Positions 11,055 to 22,350 of a stretch of 46,873 nucleotides of DNA are shown here, in pieces. Origin of the DNA: Chiloscyllium plagiosum (lineage: Eukaryota). The DNA is taken from the NCBI RefSeq assembly GCF_004010195.1, contig NC_057718.1, positions 90,118,837 through 90,165,709 of the forward strand. The letters are read 5' to 3'. A model generated the notes under the pieces. It searched no databases, was not told the DNA's origin, and saw only the letters and a list, made by a program, of their open reading frames with translations. Within the stretch, counting starts at the first letter, position 1; each line of letters starts with the position of its first letter. The translations under genes were made by a program, and so were the position numbers.

Positions 11055-12848
11055 ACATTATATACAGCTCTATCATAATCTCCTGGTTCATGTATTTAGT
11101 TGCTCGACTATTGTGAAGAAATAAAGGGACATAAAGGCACTCTTAGTTACATCCTTCTGGTCAAAATAGGCAAAGCCCAGGTAGCAAGCCAGAAATGGTG
11201 CATGGTGGAAGATTAAAGAGAGATAACTTGAGGATTAACTGGTACATAATGTCGATGCAAGGCAGAACACTGCATTGCACACAATGAGAGATCCTTAATA
11301 GAAATAGGACGATACAAAATAAAACACACATTAATCTGGGCATGACATAGAGATTATTTAGCATTTCTTGAAGGTGCTCATTAATGAACCACTATATTCA
11401 CCAATAATCTCAGTGATGCTGCCTGCCCCATCCTGTTGTGACATATCTTGCAACAAAGGTGACAATAACACCATCAAGATAGATGAATGCGTTCAAGTCA
11501 TTGTGATTGTGGAGTCAGTGGTTGAAAAGGCTCCAGTTGGCTTGCCAGGGACAGATCCCCTGGAAACGGAATGGAGCCTTGAGGTGGCCCTCGCTGAAGA
11601 CTAAACATTGGAAATGCTGAGAAAAGCCTCAGAAAAATGGCGGGTGAGGGGGCGTTTGGGTGGCTACCAAATTGCTAAAACAAGTGAAGATGTAAATGCC
11701 AATTAGAACTGAAGGTCATGAAATTGCCTATTCTGGATGTCCAATTGGACTTGACAGGATTGAAGTGATCTGTTTTAATTGCTCCTGACTATTTTTGGAC
11801 AAATGTCAATAATTAATGAATAGTAATTGGGGAAAATGCAATGTACTGAATTTGTAGAACGACCAGGCAGAATCCGGGGTCAACTTAGCAGTACATTAAT
11901 GCTCTTAATGTGAGTGAAGGAGTTATAAACCATGCAACAGACAGGCGGTTGCAAAGTGCATTTTACCAAAGGTTACGTGGCATTGTGACAAAATTACGAA
12001 CTCTCTACTCAAGGGGCATCCATTTTCTTGAACTCTTGTGAGTGCGTGTGAGAACACCTCCAAGGTAAAAGGCAGTGCAATGACAAACCTCACACACAGG
12101 TGACGTTTCTGCAGCCCTTGCTACATTCTGCAGGGATTTCCAGCGAAATGTGTGAGAACTCCATATTAATTTTCAGAGCCTAGGAAATCAAAATTAAAAT
12201 GGGAGTGCGGAAATGTATTTGTGGATGAGGAATTGACAATGTCACAGGAGGACACAGACCCAGGGTATAGAACTGAGAGTGCTCCTTCAAAGAGCTAGTA
12301 AATGCCCAAAAATGACACGTGGTCTCTTCCTGTGCTGTAAGATTCTATAAATTCTTTACATTCCTTTCATTTACTCTGTCCTACTTTTATTCTCTTTTCT
12401 CCAGGTCGGATTTATCCTTTTCTGTTTTCCTCGTTTTTTTAAATTTGCTGTCTTGTTTCTCTCTTTGGACTTTCTTTTTTAATTAATGATATTTTCTTCA
12501 GGTAAAGGAAAAACATTTTCTATTTTGGCAGATAGTTTCCCCTGGTTGCTATGTATAATAAAAATGGGCTGATTCCTTACATTTTACTTTTCCGTGGAGA
12601 TGTGAAGTATTCCGGCATAACAGGTTTATGATGTTTTTAGAAATAATAATCAAAGGAAGTCTTTCAGCCCTGGTTACCGGGTCACCAATACTCCCCCTTC
12701 ATCAGTTTTTATACTTTACTTTCTCACACGACCATGTGCATCTAATTATTGGCAATGCATAAAATAAAGTGGAGTCTCTCAGCGGTCGGTGAATTAGCTG
12801 GGCATCAGCAATTCTTCGAAACTTTAAGTATCTCAGCTTGTGAATTAG

Positions 12849-13160
12849 CGGCTGCGTGGTGGCTCAGTGGTTAGCACTGCTGCCTCACAGCGCCAGGGGC
12901 CCGGGTTCAATTCCAGCTCTGAGAGACTGTCTGTGTGAGGTTTACGCGTGTCTGCATGGGTTTGCTCAGGTTTTCTCCCAGAGTCCAAAGGTGCACAGGT
13001 TAGATGGATTAGTCATGTTAAGTTGCTTGTAGTGTCCCCAGCGATGTGCAGGCTAGGTGGATTGGTAGGGATGTTACAGCGGCTGGGTGGGATGCTCTTT
13101 GGAGGTCGGTGTGGACTCAGTGAGCTGAATGGCCTGCTTCCAAGCTGTAGGGATTCTATA
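12849..13160 (+). mobile_element. HE1/V-SINE
   Basis: gtggctcagtggttagcactgctgcctcacagcgccagg; ggttcaattcc. Confidence 0.9.
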
Positions 13161-13302
13161 ATGTGAGACTGCAAGTGGAAAATGTTGTACAAGTTGATGG
13201 GTACGAAGGGTTAATCCATGAGTGTGCTAGGGGCCCTGAGTGAAGCAGTTGGTAGTTTAAAGACACATAAGTCTGGTACAGTCTGCTGATGGAGAGCAAA
13301 TG

Positions 13303-13405
13303 AAAGCAAAATACTGCAGATGCTGGAAATCTGAAACAAGCACAGAGAGTGCTGGAGGAGAGGGGAAAAACAGAGTTAATGTTTCAGGTCAGTATGACTC
13401 TTCAT
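13303..13405 (-). mobile_element. PLE-B terminus fragment
   Basis: aaagcaaaatactgcagatgctggaaatctgaaac...cagagttaatgtttcaggtcagtatgactcttca. Confidence 0.6.
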
Positions 13406-13467
13406 GATGTGCTTTCACTATATCTTGTTAGTAATAGTTAATTAACCCCAAGAGTTGCCCACTGGAA

Positions 13468-13776
13468 GTGGTGATGGCCTAGTGGTATTATTGCTAGACT
13501 GTTAATCCAGAGACCCAGGGAATGTTCTGAGGGCCCAGTTTGAAATCCTGCCACAGCAGATGGTGGAATTTGAATTCAATAAATACCTGGAATTAAGAGT
13601 CTAATGATGACCATGAACCGATTGTTGGAAAAACCCAACTGGTTCACTAATGTCCTTACCTGGTCTGGCCTACACGTGACTCCAGACCCACAGCAATGGG
13701 GTTGACTCTTAACTGCCCTCTGGGCAATAAATGCTGGCCTAACCAGCAACACCTTCATCCCGTGCTTGAATAAAAA
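13468..13776 (+). mobile_element. tRNA-derived SINE family B
   Basis: A-box tggcctagtgg; body tggtctggcctacacgtgactccagacccacagcaatg; tail gggcaataaatgctggcc...gaataaaaa. Confidence 0.85.
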
Positions 13777-14007
13777 CAAAGTTGATGAATCCGACAAATC
13801 GTGTTAAAATGTAATAAACTGCATCCTGTTATCTCAGACAACAGCCTTCTCTACTGAGTTTTTATAATTTACTTTCTCTCACGACCATGTGCTTCTAATT
13901 ATTGGCAACGCATAAAATAAAGCAGAGTCTCTCAGCGGTCGATGAACCAGCTGGGCACCGGCAATCCGTGGAATCTTTAGGTATCTTAGTTTGTGAAGAG
14001 ATGAATT

Positions 14008-14497
14008 AGGAGCAGTGCGGTGGCTCAGTGGTTAGCACTGCTGCCACATAGCCCCAGGGACCTGGGTTCGATTCCAGCCTCAGGTGACTGTCTGTGTGGA
14101 GTTTACACATTCTTCCCATGTCTGTATGGGTTTGCTCAGGTTCTCTCCCAGAGTCCAAAGATGCACAGGTTAGATGGATTAGCAATGTTAAGTTGCTCAT
14201 AGAATCCAGCGATGTGCAGGCTAGGTGGAATAGCAGGATTGAAGTGTGTGGTGCTGGAAATGCACAGTAGGTCAGGCAGTATGTGAGCAGCGGGAGAATC
14301 AATGTTTCAGGCATAAGCTCTTTTCCAGCATCACACTCTCTCGACTCTGATCTCCAGCATCTGCAGTCCTCACCTTCTCCTATGGAATAACAGGGAAACT
14401 ACAGTGATGGAGTCGGCCTGGGTGGGATACTCTTCAGAGGGTCAATGTGAACTCAATGGGCTGAATGGCCTGCTTTCACACTGTAGAGATTCTATAA
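14008..14497 (+). mobile_element. HE1/V-SINE with nested PLE-A (14238-14382)
   Basis: B-box ggttcgattcc 14065-14075; insert flanked by tggaata(g/a)cagg at 14226-14237 and 14383-14394. Confidence 0.88.
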
Positions 14498-14629
14498 TGT
14501 GAGACCGTTATACGAGGTGATGGATATGAAGAGTTAATCCATTTATTTGTGGTCCATCCTTCACCACAGACGACTGAAGTCCCTTGAGCTAACACAGGAA
14601 GGAGGATTAGTGACAGTACTATGAAAGAT

Positions 14630-14816
14630 TAGTGGTGCTGGAAAAGCACAGCAGGTCAGGCAGCATGAGTGAGTCCCTCATTCCTGATGAAGGACTTTTG
14701 CCCGAACCATTGATTTTCCAGCTCCTAGGATGCTGCCTGACCTGCTGTGCTTTTCCAGCACCACTCTAATCTTATCTCTAGTCTCCAGCATCTTCAGTCT
14801 TCGCTTTCTCCTCCGT
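14630..14816 (+). mobile_element. Fold-back PLE-A
   Basis: TSD gtact(a/g)tgaaagat at 14616-14629 and 14817-14830; degenerate CTGATGA...GAA motif from 14684. Confidence 0.8.
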
Positions 14817-14883
14817 GTACTGTGAAAGATGAGGGAGGTGCCACATAAATCCAAGTTCTGAGTGAAAATTGATGTAGAACTCT

Positions 14884-15670
14884 TTCCATTGTCAAGGTAC
14901 GGGCCTGTGCTCATTGGAATGTAGAAGAACAAAAGGGAACCCTATTGAAACTTAAACAATTCTGGGGAGACTTGATATGGTCAATGCTGAGAGATTGCTT
15001 TTCCTGTGGGACCGTCTAGGACCAGATGGTATCATCTCAGAATAACAGGTCACAAAAAGACAGAGGTGAGGAAGAATTTCTTTTCACAAAGGGCAGTGAA
15101 TCTGTGGAATTCTTTACTGCAGAGGCTGGGTCAGTAAGTGTATTCAAGGCTGAGATACACAGTAAGGAAATCAAGGGCTATGGGGAAAAGTGGAGTTGAG
15201 GATTATCAGATCAGCCATGATCTTATTGAGTGGTGGAGCAGACTCGATGGGCGGAATGGCTTTACCTCTGCTCCCACATCTTTATGGCCTTAATCTGAAG
15301 GTCAAGATTGAGTAGAGTGGGCCTTTTGTTTTACTGGAAAGAATTTGAAGTGATCTTATTGAAAGGCGTAATATTCTTGAAAGGTTTGACTGGGTCAATG
15401 CTTGAAAGGCTGCTTCCCTGACTACAGGGCCTAAAGCTCAGGATCACAGTGTGTGGATATGGGGTTCAACCACTTAGAGGGCTTTTAATCTTTGAAGTTC
15501 TCTACTCCAGAGAGCTGTGAATGCTCAGTCATTGAAGTATTTAGAATTGGGATGAATAGATTTTTTGACACTAGAGATAGGCAAGAAAGAGGAGTTGATT
15601 TGACATTGTTATTCGAACAGTAGAGCAGGCTTGAGGCCTTGTGCGGCCTACTCCTGTTTCTGTTCCTTAT
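14884..15670 (+). mobile_element. Two tandem CR1 3' fragments
   Basis: ttcttttcacaaagggcagtgaatctgtggaattct; tails ending near 15290 and 15668. Confidence 0.8.
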
Positions 15671-15689
15671 TCTCTAACAGTGGTATAAT

Positions 15690-16052
15690 TGTGCGCTGTG
15701 GACAGATAGTAGGCCTTAGATGAGGAGAGCAAAAGTGTGGTAGCTAATTTAGTGGATGACACATAGATAGGTAGGAAATTATATAGTGAAGTGGTTGCAG
15801 GCAAATATAGATAGTTTGAGTGAATCGGCAGAAATCCAACTCCTATACTCAATGCACTAACCAATAAAGGCATGCATACCAAATGCTTCTTCACTATCCT
15901 CTCTGCCTGCAACTCCACTTTCCTGGTAAATTTCTGCACCTGCTTAAGTTTATCAACAACTTTCCTATAGAAGAGTGACAAGAATTCTATGCAGGATTCT
16001 AAAAGTGGCCTCACCAATGTCCTGTACAGCCGCAACATGACGTCCCAACTCC
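15690..16052. mobile_element. CR1 RT fragment (+, to 15835) followed by rearranged CR1 pieces (-)
   Basis: gtggatgacac (DD motif) on +; minus ORF contains MLRLYRTLVRPLLESC. Confidence 0.75.
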
Positions 16053-16604
16053 CAAGGTCTGCAGCACCTCTTTTGAGGAGCCAACCAGTTGTGTTCTCAT
16101 GCCCCCACTCTTTCCCTCCCCCATTCTTTGTTTCTCTTTGTGTCCTCACACATCTGTCCAAAGGCAGTTTCCTCCTCTTGGCCAGCAGGTTCCAAATCCA
16201 AACTGCTCGCTCCTTTTGTGGAAAAAATGTATAATTTTTAAATTGCCTGTGGTTCTTTTGCAAATGTTGACATAATCTAACTGTATTGTTCACAACAGGC
16301 TTCTGAATGGTCAGTGCTTTTAAACAAGATTACAAATTGCTTTTGAACAAGCCAATTAATGAGCTTGATTCCATGTATTTTCATTGTTTTTTTTCTGAGC
16401 TTTAATAACTTACTTCCTGTTTGGTGAGAAATTATTTTTGTAATGAGCTTATCTCGAGGAATAATATCTTGAATCAATTTCTCTGTGGATCTGAGCACCA
16501 GTCTGGGAATTTGATCTTCAGAAGATTACTTGATCTAAACTAATAAAACAATAAAGCATGTGAGACACAGTAATTGCTGTTTGGACTTGGTGCAGAGGCT
16601 ATTT

Positions 16605-16805
16605 ATTTGGTTTGCTCTGTTGACTGGATGGCTGGTGTGGCAATGCCAATAGTGTGGGTTTAGTTTGCACTCTGGTTTTAGTCAGCATGAAGGCCACACC
16701 TTCCTGAGACAGGGTGACCCTCAGGTTAAGCTCACCACAGGTCGTCTGTGTCTCCGTAATCAGAGAGCAGGCATATCATCCACTGGGACTAAGGTAACTT
16801 TCCCT
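16605..16805 (+). mobile_element. tRNA-derived SINE family C (degenerate)
   Basis: Reverse-complement similarity to 16970-17195 (catgaagg...cctcaggttaa..cacc...gagagcag). Confidence 0.6.
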
Positions 16806-16969
16806 TAAAGCACTGAAGGAAACCATTCAGCCAACTGTGTCTCTGCTGGTTCTCCAAATGAGCCATCCCCACCCATTTTCAGATAATAATCCAATTTTGA
16901 ATTCCTCAATTGCACCTGCTTCCTTCACACTTTGTTACCTGTGTATGTCATCCAGGTTTTACAACATCG

Positions 16970-17195
16970 AGATGAGTGTGAGTTGCCATAGTCTTACCAT
17001 GACCATAGGGACTACTCTCTCATTAGACAAAGGCGGTGGTTTAACCTGAGGTCCACCGTACCTCAGGTGAGGGGAGAGATTGAGAAGGAGAGTCCTTCAT
17101 GGTAACCTCAACCAGTGATGGGAATTAAACCCACGCTGTCTGCTTCACACTGCTTCACAAACCAACTGTCCAGCCAACTGAGCTAGACTGACCCC
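16970..17195 (-). mobile_element. tRNA-derived SINE family C
   Basis: Minus-strand head tagctcagttgg (A-box) and ggtttaattccc (B-box-like); internal acctgagg...cctcaggt hairpin. Confidence 0.75.
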
Positions 17196-17204
17196 ACACA
17201 GGGA

Positions 17205-17340
17205 TACAGGCTGCTCCAGCATCTGAGGAGCAGTGAGTGGTGCTGAACGTTGTGCAGTCAACAGTGAACATCCTCAGTCTGACCTTATGATGGAGGTAAG
17301 GTCATTGATGAAGCAGCTGAAGATGGCAGGGCCTAGGGTG
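17205..17340 (-). mobile_element. LINE RT-domain fragment
   Basis: Minus translation LGPAIFSCFINDLTSIIRS (motif preceding the catalytic DD). Confidence 0.7.
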
Positions 17341-17471
17341 TGTCATTATTCCCCTGAAGTCTATTGATATCGCCACAATTAACCAATATTGAATCCATTT
17401 TGAGGTTTAGATCCTTTTTCTTAATGCAAACATGGGGCTGTTCTGTCAGAGAGTCAGCTGTATTTATCATG

Positions 17472-17587
17472 AGGGTTTGTGTGGCACAGTCATAGTGTCC
17501 CTAGCTCTGGGGTAAAACTCCCAGGTTCAAGCTCCACCTGCTCCAGACTTGTGGTATCATATGTCTGAACAGATTGTTTACAAAAAA
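17472..17587 (+). mobile_element. Short tRNA-like SINE relic
   Basis: ggttcaagctcc B-box-like; similar to 4808-4912. Confidence 0.5.
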
Positions 17588-17689
17588 GAGATTGTTTTTC
17601 CTTTAACAAAAGATTCTAATTGGGGTAACTGTGTTAGTTAATCATTCTGACCTGTGCAGCCACTTAGTGAGGTTGCTGCTCGTCTCTTG

Positions 17690-18440
17690 CCCTTGTGTAC
17701 AGATTGGTCCTTACTTGAGGAGGGATGTAGTTGGATTGGAGGCTGTTCAGAGGAGCTTCACAAAATTGATTTCAAAGCTGAGCATTTTGTTTTATGAAGT
17801 GAGATAAACAGTTCAGGTCTATACTCTCTGGAGTTGAGAAGAATGACAAGAACATGGAACATAGAACATTCCAGCGCAGTACAGGCCCTCCGGCCCTCGA
17901 TGTTGTGCCGACCTGTGAAACCAATCTGAAGCCCATCTAACCTACACTATTCCATTATTGTCCATATGTTTATCCAATGACCATTTAAATGCCCGTAATG
18001 TTGGCGAGTCTACTACTGTTACAGGCAGGGCGTTCCATGCCCTTACTACTCTCTGAGTAAAGAGAGTACCTTTCGCGTAAGATGCGAAAGGGGATTGACA
18101 AAATAGACATAGAGATGATGTGCCCCTTGTGGGGAAATCCAGAATGAGAGGTCATAGCTTCAGGATAAGGAATGACGGATTTAAATCTGATTTGAGGAGA
18201 AATTACATCTCTCATGGGTAGTGAATCTGTGGAATTCAGCACCCCAGAGTGTAGTAAATGCTTAGACACTGATTAAATTTAAGGAGGAGATAAACATATT
18301 TTTAATTAGCAGCCGGTTGAAAGGTTATGAAGAGTGAGCAGGGAAGTGGAGTTGAGACCGAGATGAGATCAGCTAATATTGTATTAAATAGCAGAACAGG
18401 CTGAAAGGGCTGACTTGACTCCTCCCACTCCTGATTGTAA
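17690..18440 (+). mobile_element. CR1 3' fragment with an antisense CR1 tip inserted (17851-18062)
   Basis: Host CR1 motifs on both sides; insert starts agaacatggaacatagaacattccagcgcagtacagg. Confidence 0.8.
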
Positions 18441-18744
18441 TGTAAAAGAAATAAACTTTGTGAAGTGATTGCCACTTCTGAAGGTACTCAAAGCCATAAA
18501 ACTTTACAATTAATGCTGTCATAAGCTGGATCTGACAGTTAGTTGATGTGTATTGTCCCTAGCTCATCAGCCTGCTGGGTATTCAGACATTATCATTGAA
18601 AGTCTTGATGCTTAAATAAGCAACTGAGTAACAACGGCCAAAACCTGGCTTCCTGTGCCGTGCTGGTCATTAAAGTGTGAAACATTAGTCTCAAAGCCAG
18701 TCAGTGGACAATTTAAAACAAAGAGGAATATTAGGAATCCCTTG

Positions 18745-19570
18745 GTGTTTGTGTTTGTGTGTGTGTGTTTGTGAGAGAGAGAGAGAGAGTGTGTGTCTGT
18801 GTGAGGGTGAGGGAGTGTGTGTGAGGGTGAGAAGAGAGAATGTGGTTGCGTGCGTGGGGGTGAGGGAGCGTGTGTGTGTGTGTGTGAGGGTGAGAAGGGA
18901 GAATGTGTTTGTGCGTGTGGGTGAGAGTGTGTGAGTGAGAGAGAATGCGTGTGTGACAGAGAAAGTGCGTGAGNNNNNNNNNNNNNNNNNNNNNNNNNNN
19001 NNNNNNNNNNNNNNNNNNNNNNNNNNNNNNNNNNNNNNNNNNNNNNNNNNNNNNNNNNNNNNNNNNNNNNNNNNNNNNNNNNNNNNNNNNNNNNNNNNNN
19101 NNNNNNNNNNNNNNNNNNNNNNNNNNNNNNNNNNNNNNNNNNNNNNNNNNNNNNNNNNNNNNNNNNNNNNNNNNNNNNNNNNNNNNNNNNNNNNNNNNNN
19201 NNNNNNNNNNNNNNNNNNNNNNNNNNNNNNNNNNNNNNNNNNNNNNNNNNNNNNNNNNNNNNNNNNNNNNNNNNNNNNNNNNNNNNNNNNNNNNNNNNNN
19301 NNNNNNNNNNNNNNNNNNNNNNNNNNNNNNNNNNNNNNNNNNNNNNNNNNNNNNNNNNNNNNNNNNNNNNNNNNNNNNNNNNNNNNNNNNNNNNNNNNNN
19401 NNNNNNNNNNNNNNNNNNNNNNNNNNNNNNNNNNNNNNNNNNNNNNNNNNNNNNNNNNNNNNNNNNNNNNNNTATGTGTCTGTGTCTATGTGTCCATGTC
19501 TGTGTGTGTATGTGTGTGTGTGTGTGTGTGTATGTGTGTGTGTGTATATATATATGTGTGTGTATGTGTG
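18745..19570. repeat. (TG)n/(GA)n/(TA)n microsatellite spanning N-gap 18974-19472
   Basis: Directly visible. Confidence 0.95.
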
Positions 19571-19649
19571 TCCGGGTGTGGAGTGTACAATTTGCCTGCC
19601 CTGGTTGCTACATCACAAGTGCTTTGTGAAGAATATAAAACACTTTTGG

Positions 19650-19977
19650 AGATTAGATTCTCTACAGTGTGGAAACAGGCCCTTTGGCCCAACAAGTCCA
19701 CACCGCCCCTCCAAAGAGAAACCCACCCAAACCCATTCCCCTACCCTATATTTACCCCTGACTAATGCACCTAACACTGTGGGCAATTTGGCATGGTCAG
19801 TTCACCTGACCTGCACATCTTTGGATTGTGGGAGGAAACCGGAGCACCCGGAGGAAACCCACGCAGACACAGAGAGAATGTGCAAACTCCACACAGACAG
19901 GTGGGAATCGAACCCCCATAACAGAACCTCTGGAGCTGTGAGGCAGCAATGCTGACCACTGAGCCATTGTGCCACCC
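19650..19977 (-). mobile_element. HE1/V-SINE
   Basis: Reverse tail gattagattctctacagtgtggaaac; reverse head ccactgagccattgtgccaccc. Confidence 0.92.
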
Positions 19978-20169
19978 AATCTGGATGCTGTAGAGGGCAC
20001 GGTGGTGTAAATGCGAAGCTGCTTTATCATTCGCCTGTTACGAGAGCCGTGTGTTATGCCTGGAATGGCAATCAGCTTTGGGTCCAGTTAACGAGATCAA
20101 ATCGTGAGGCAGTGGGTGCATCACTTCCTCTGAGCCAGAAGCTTCAGCTTCAAGTCCCATTTACAGGAC

Positions 20170-20380
20170 TAGAAGAGATAGGAAAACACATGGAGGCCAT
20201 TGTGCCCATCGAGTCTGCTCCACCATTCAATATGATCATGGTTGATCTGATAATGCTCAACTCCACTTTCCTCCCTTTTCCCATAATCCTTGATTTACAG
20301 ATTTGTCAACCTCAGCCTAGAGTGTGCTTACTAACCCAGCCATGATAGCCCTTTGAGGTAAAGGATTCCACACATTCAGT
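20170..20380 (-). mobile_element. CR1 3' fragment
   Basis: ccattcaatatgatcatggttgatctga...ctcaactccacttt. Confidence 0.7.
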
Positions 20381-20930
20381 ACTGTCTGGATTGAGGAATG
20401 AGGCTAAGGAAACTGGTGTGTTACGGCTCACAGTCAGTATCTCAGTGTGAGACATGCTCATAACACTATAACTGTATCATACTGTCGGGGTATAAAATTC
20501 TCATTCTCCGTCTTACCTTGGATCACCTGAGCATGAGACTCCACAGGAAACACGTGCTTGTTTTGTAACTTCATTGCTTAATACACTGTGGTACCTGAGG
20601 GAATGTACTGTCCATACACAATAGTTAGCTCTAATAAACATCTGCGGGGTTCTTCAATACGATATCCTTGCACAGTTTTGTATGTTATAGGAGATAGCAT
20701 AAACAAGCATCAGATAAAACACCCCTGTTGGAGGCAGGATCACAGCTTGGTCAGTCAGAACCCTGGGACAACTGCAATGTAATAGCCTCCCACACTAAAA
20801 GACTCCCCAGGACAGGTTGTTACTGTTGGCTATACTCAGTGAGAAACATCCTCCTCACTTTGAGAGGTTGGTAGAAGAAGAAAAATTGGTCAAACTTTGA
20901 ATTCCATCTCCATTCCTCCTCTCCTCCTGC

Positions 20931-21263
20931 TAGGATAGGATGAATAGACAAGGTCTTTTCCCTGGGGTAGGGGAGTCCAAAACTAGAGGGCATAGGTTTA
21001 AGGTGAGAGGGGAAAGATGTAAAAGGGACCTAAGGGGCACCTTTTTCACGCAGAGGGTGGTGCGTGTATGAAATGAGCTGCCAGAGGAAGTGGTGGAGGC
21101 TGGTACAATTATAGCATTTAAAAGGCATCTGGATGGGTATATGTATAGGAAGGGTACAGAGGGATATGGGCCGGGTGCTGGCAAATGGGACTAGATTCAT
21201 TTAGGGTATCTGGTCGGCATGGACGAGCTGGACCGAAGAGTCTGTTTCCATGCTGTGACTCTA
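20931..21263 (+). mobile_element. CR1 (HER1-like) 3' fragment
   Basis: Closely similar to 1800-2132. Confidence 0.92.
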
Positions 21264-22004
21264 GTGAAAATAATGGTATCCTTGAGGTTACAGATAGGTG
21301 TGACGTTTTTGCAGTGAGTCTGAGTTATGTGAGTGACCCTCTTTTTGTGAAAGTCATTGTTTTGGGGAATGGAGTGTTGCAGGGGAAAGGAGAGAGAATT
21401 GCTACCCTTTGCTTCCAATCGTAAGTGCGGAACTCCCCATCTTCACTGCATCTATGCACTTTGAAGATGGTTTCTCTTGCACTTTGACTAGTTTAACAAC
21501 AATCCCATAACAGAACAGTGATGTCCAACATCTGTCTGAAAGACAGAGCTTCCCTGATAATTCGATTGGACCGTTGCCGTAAGAATTGAATTTCCCCACT
21601 TTGCAAATTGAGGAGCAGAAATATTGCACGGAAGTGGGAATGCGGTGCTAATGTTGGTTTGAATAAGCAGATGCCTTTAATTATGCAACTGGGAATGAAG
21701 GGTAGACTATTATTCAATGTGACAGGAAGATGCAGTGTCCTGTGGTGGTGTTTTCAGTAACTCAAATGATACGTTGCTTTGCGCCAGTGAAATGTAAGGG
21801 ATGCAGCATGAAACTAGTCCCTGCTATTAGCTTTTGACACATTAGGGAACATTCTAAGAGCTCTTGATAAGGCAATGGATTGAATGTAAATGTCAGTGGA
21901 GGGGGCAGGTACTTGAGGGGACAACCACTTTGTGGGGTGGGGGAGGCACTGGCAAGGACTTGAGCTGGTTCCAGGGTCCCAGAATCAGACAATGATACGT
22001 TTTC

Positions 22005-22350
22005 AGAGAATCCCCCATAGTGTGGAAACAGGCTATTGGGTCCAACAAGTCCACACCGACCCTCCGAAGAGTATCCCACCTAGACCCATTCCCTACCCTA
22101 TTCTTCTACATTTACCCCTGATTAATGCACCTAACCTACCCATCCCTGAAGACTATGGGCAATTTAACATGACCAATTCACCTAACCTGTACAGCTTTGG
22201 ACTGTGGAGAAAAAAAAAACCCAGAGGAAACTCACACAGATTCAAGGAGAATGTACAAACTCCACACAGGCAGTTGCCTGAGGCTGGAATCGAACCCAGG
22301 CCCCTGGTGCAGTGAGGCAGCAGTGCTAACCACTGAGCCATCGTGCTGCC
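22005..22350 (-). mobile_element. HE1/V-SINE
   Basis: ggaatcgaacccagg; gctaaccactgagcca. Confidence 0.9.

Larger units (their letters stand above)
9853..11110 (-). mobile_element. CR1 3' fragment split by three nested insertions
   Basis: CR1 tail at 9853; sequence runs to gttatatac (~10356) and resumes at acattatatacagctc (11055). Confidence 0.8.
12704..14542 (+). repeat. Old local direct duplication (12704-13219 and 13857-14542)
   Basis: Both copies share unique flank cacgaccatgtgc.tctaattattggcaa.gcataaaataaag, the same SINE variant and downstream gattctataatgtgagac...gttaatccat. Confidence 0.85.

Noticed and set aside
18935..19955. Long ORFs of 276 and 328 aa
   Set aside because: Artefacts of the N-gap and microsatellite
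21383..21426. Micro-exon ending in a perfect gtaagt donor
   Set aside because: No polypyrimidine tract at the acceptor and no supporting frame
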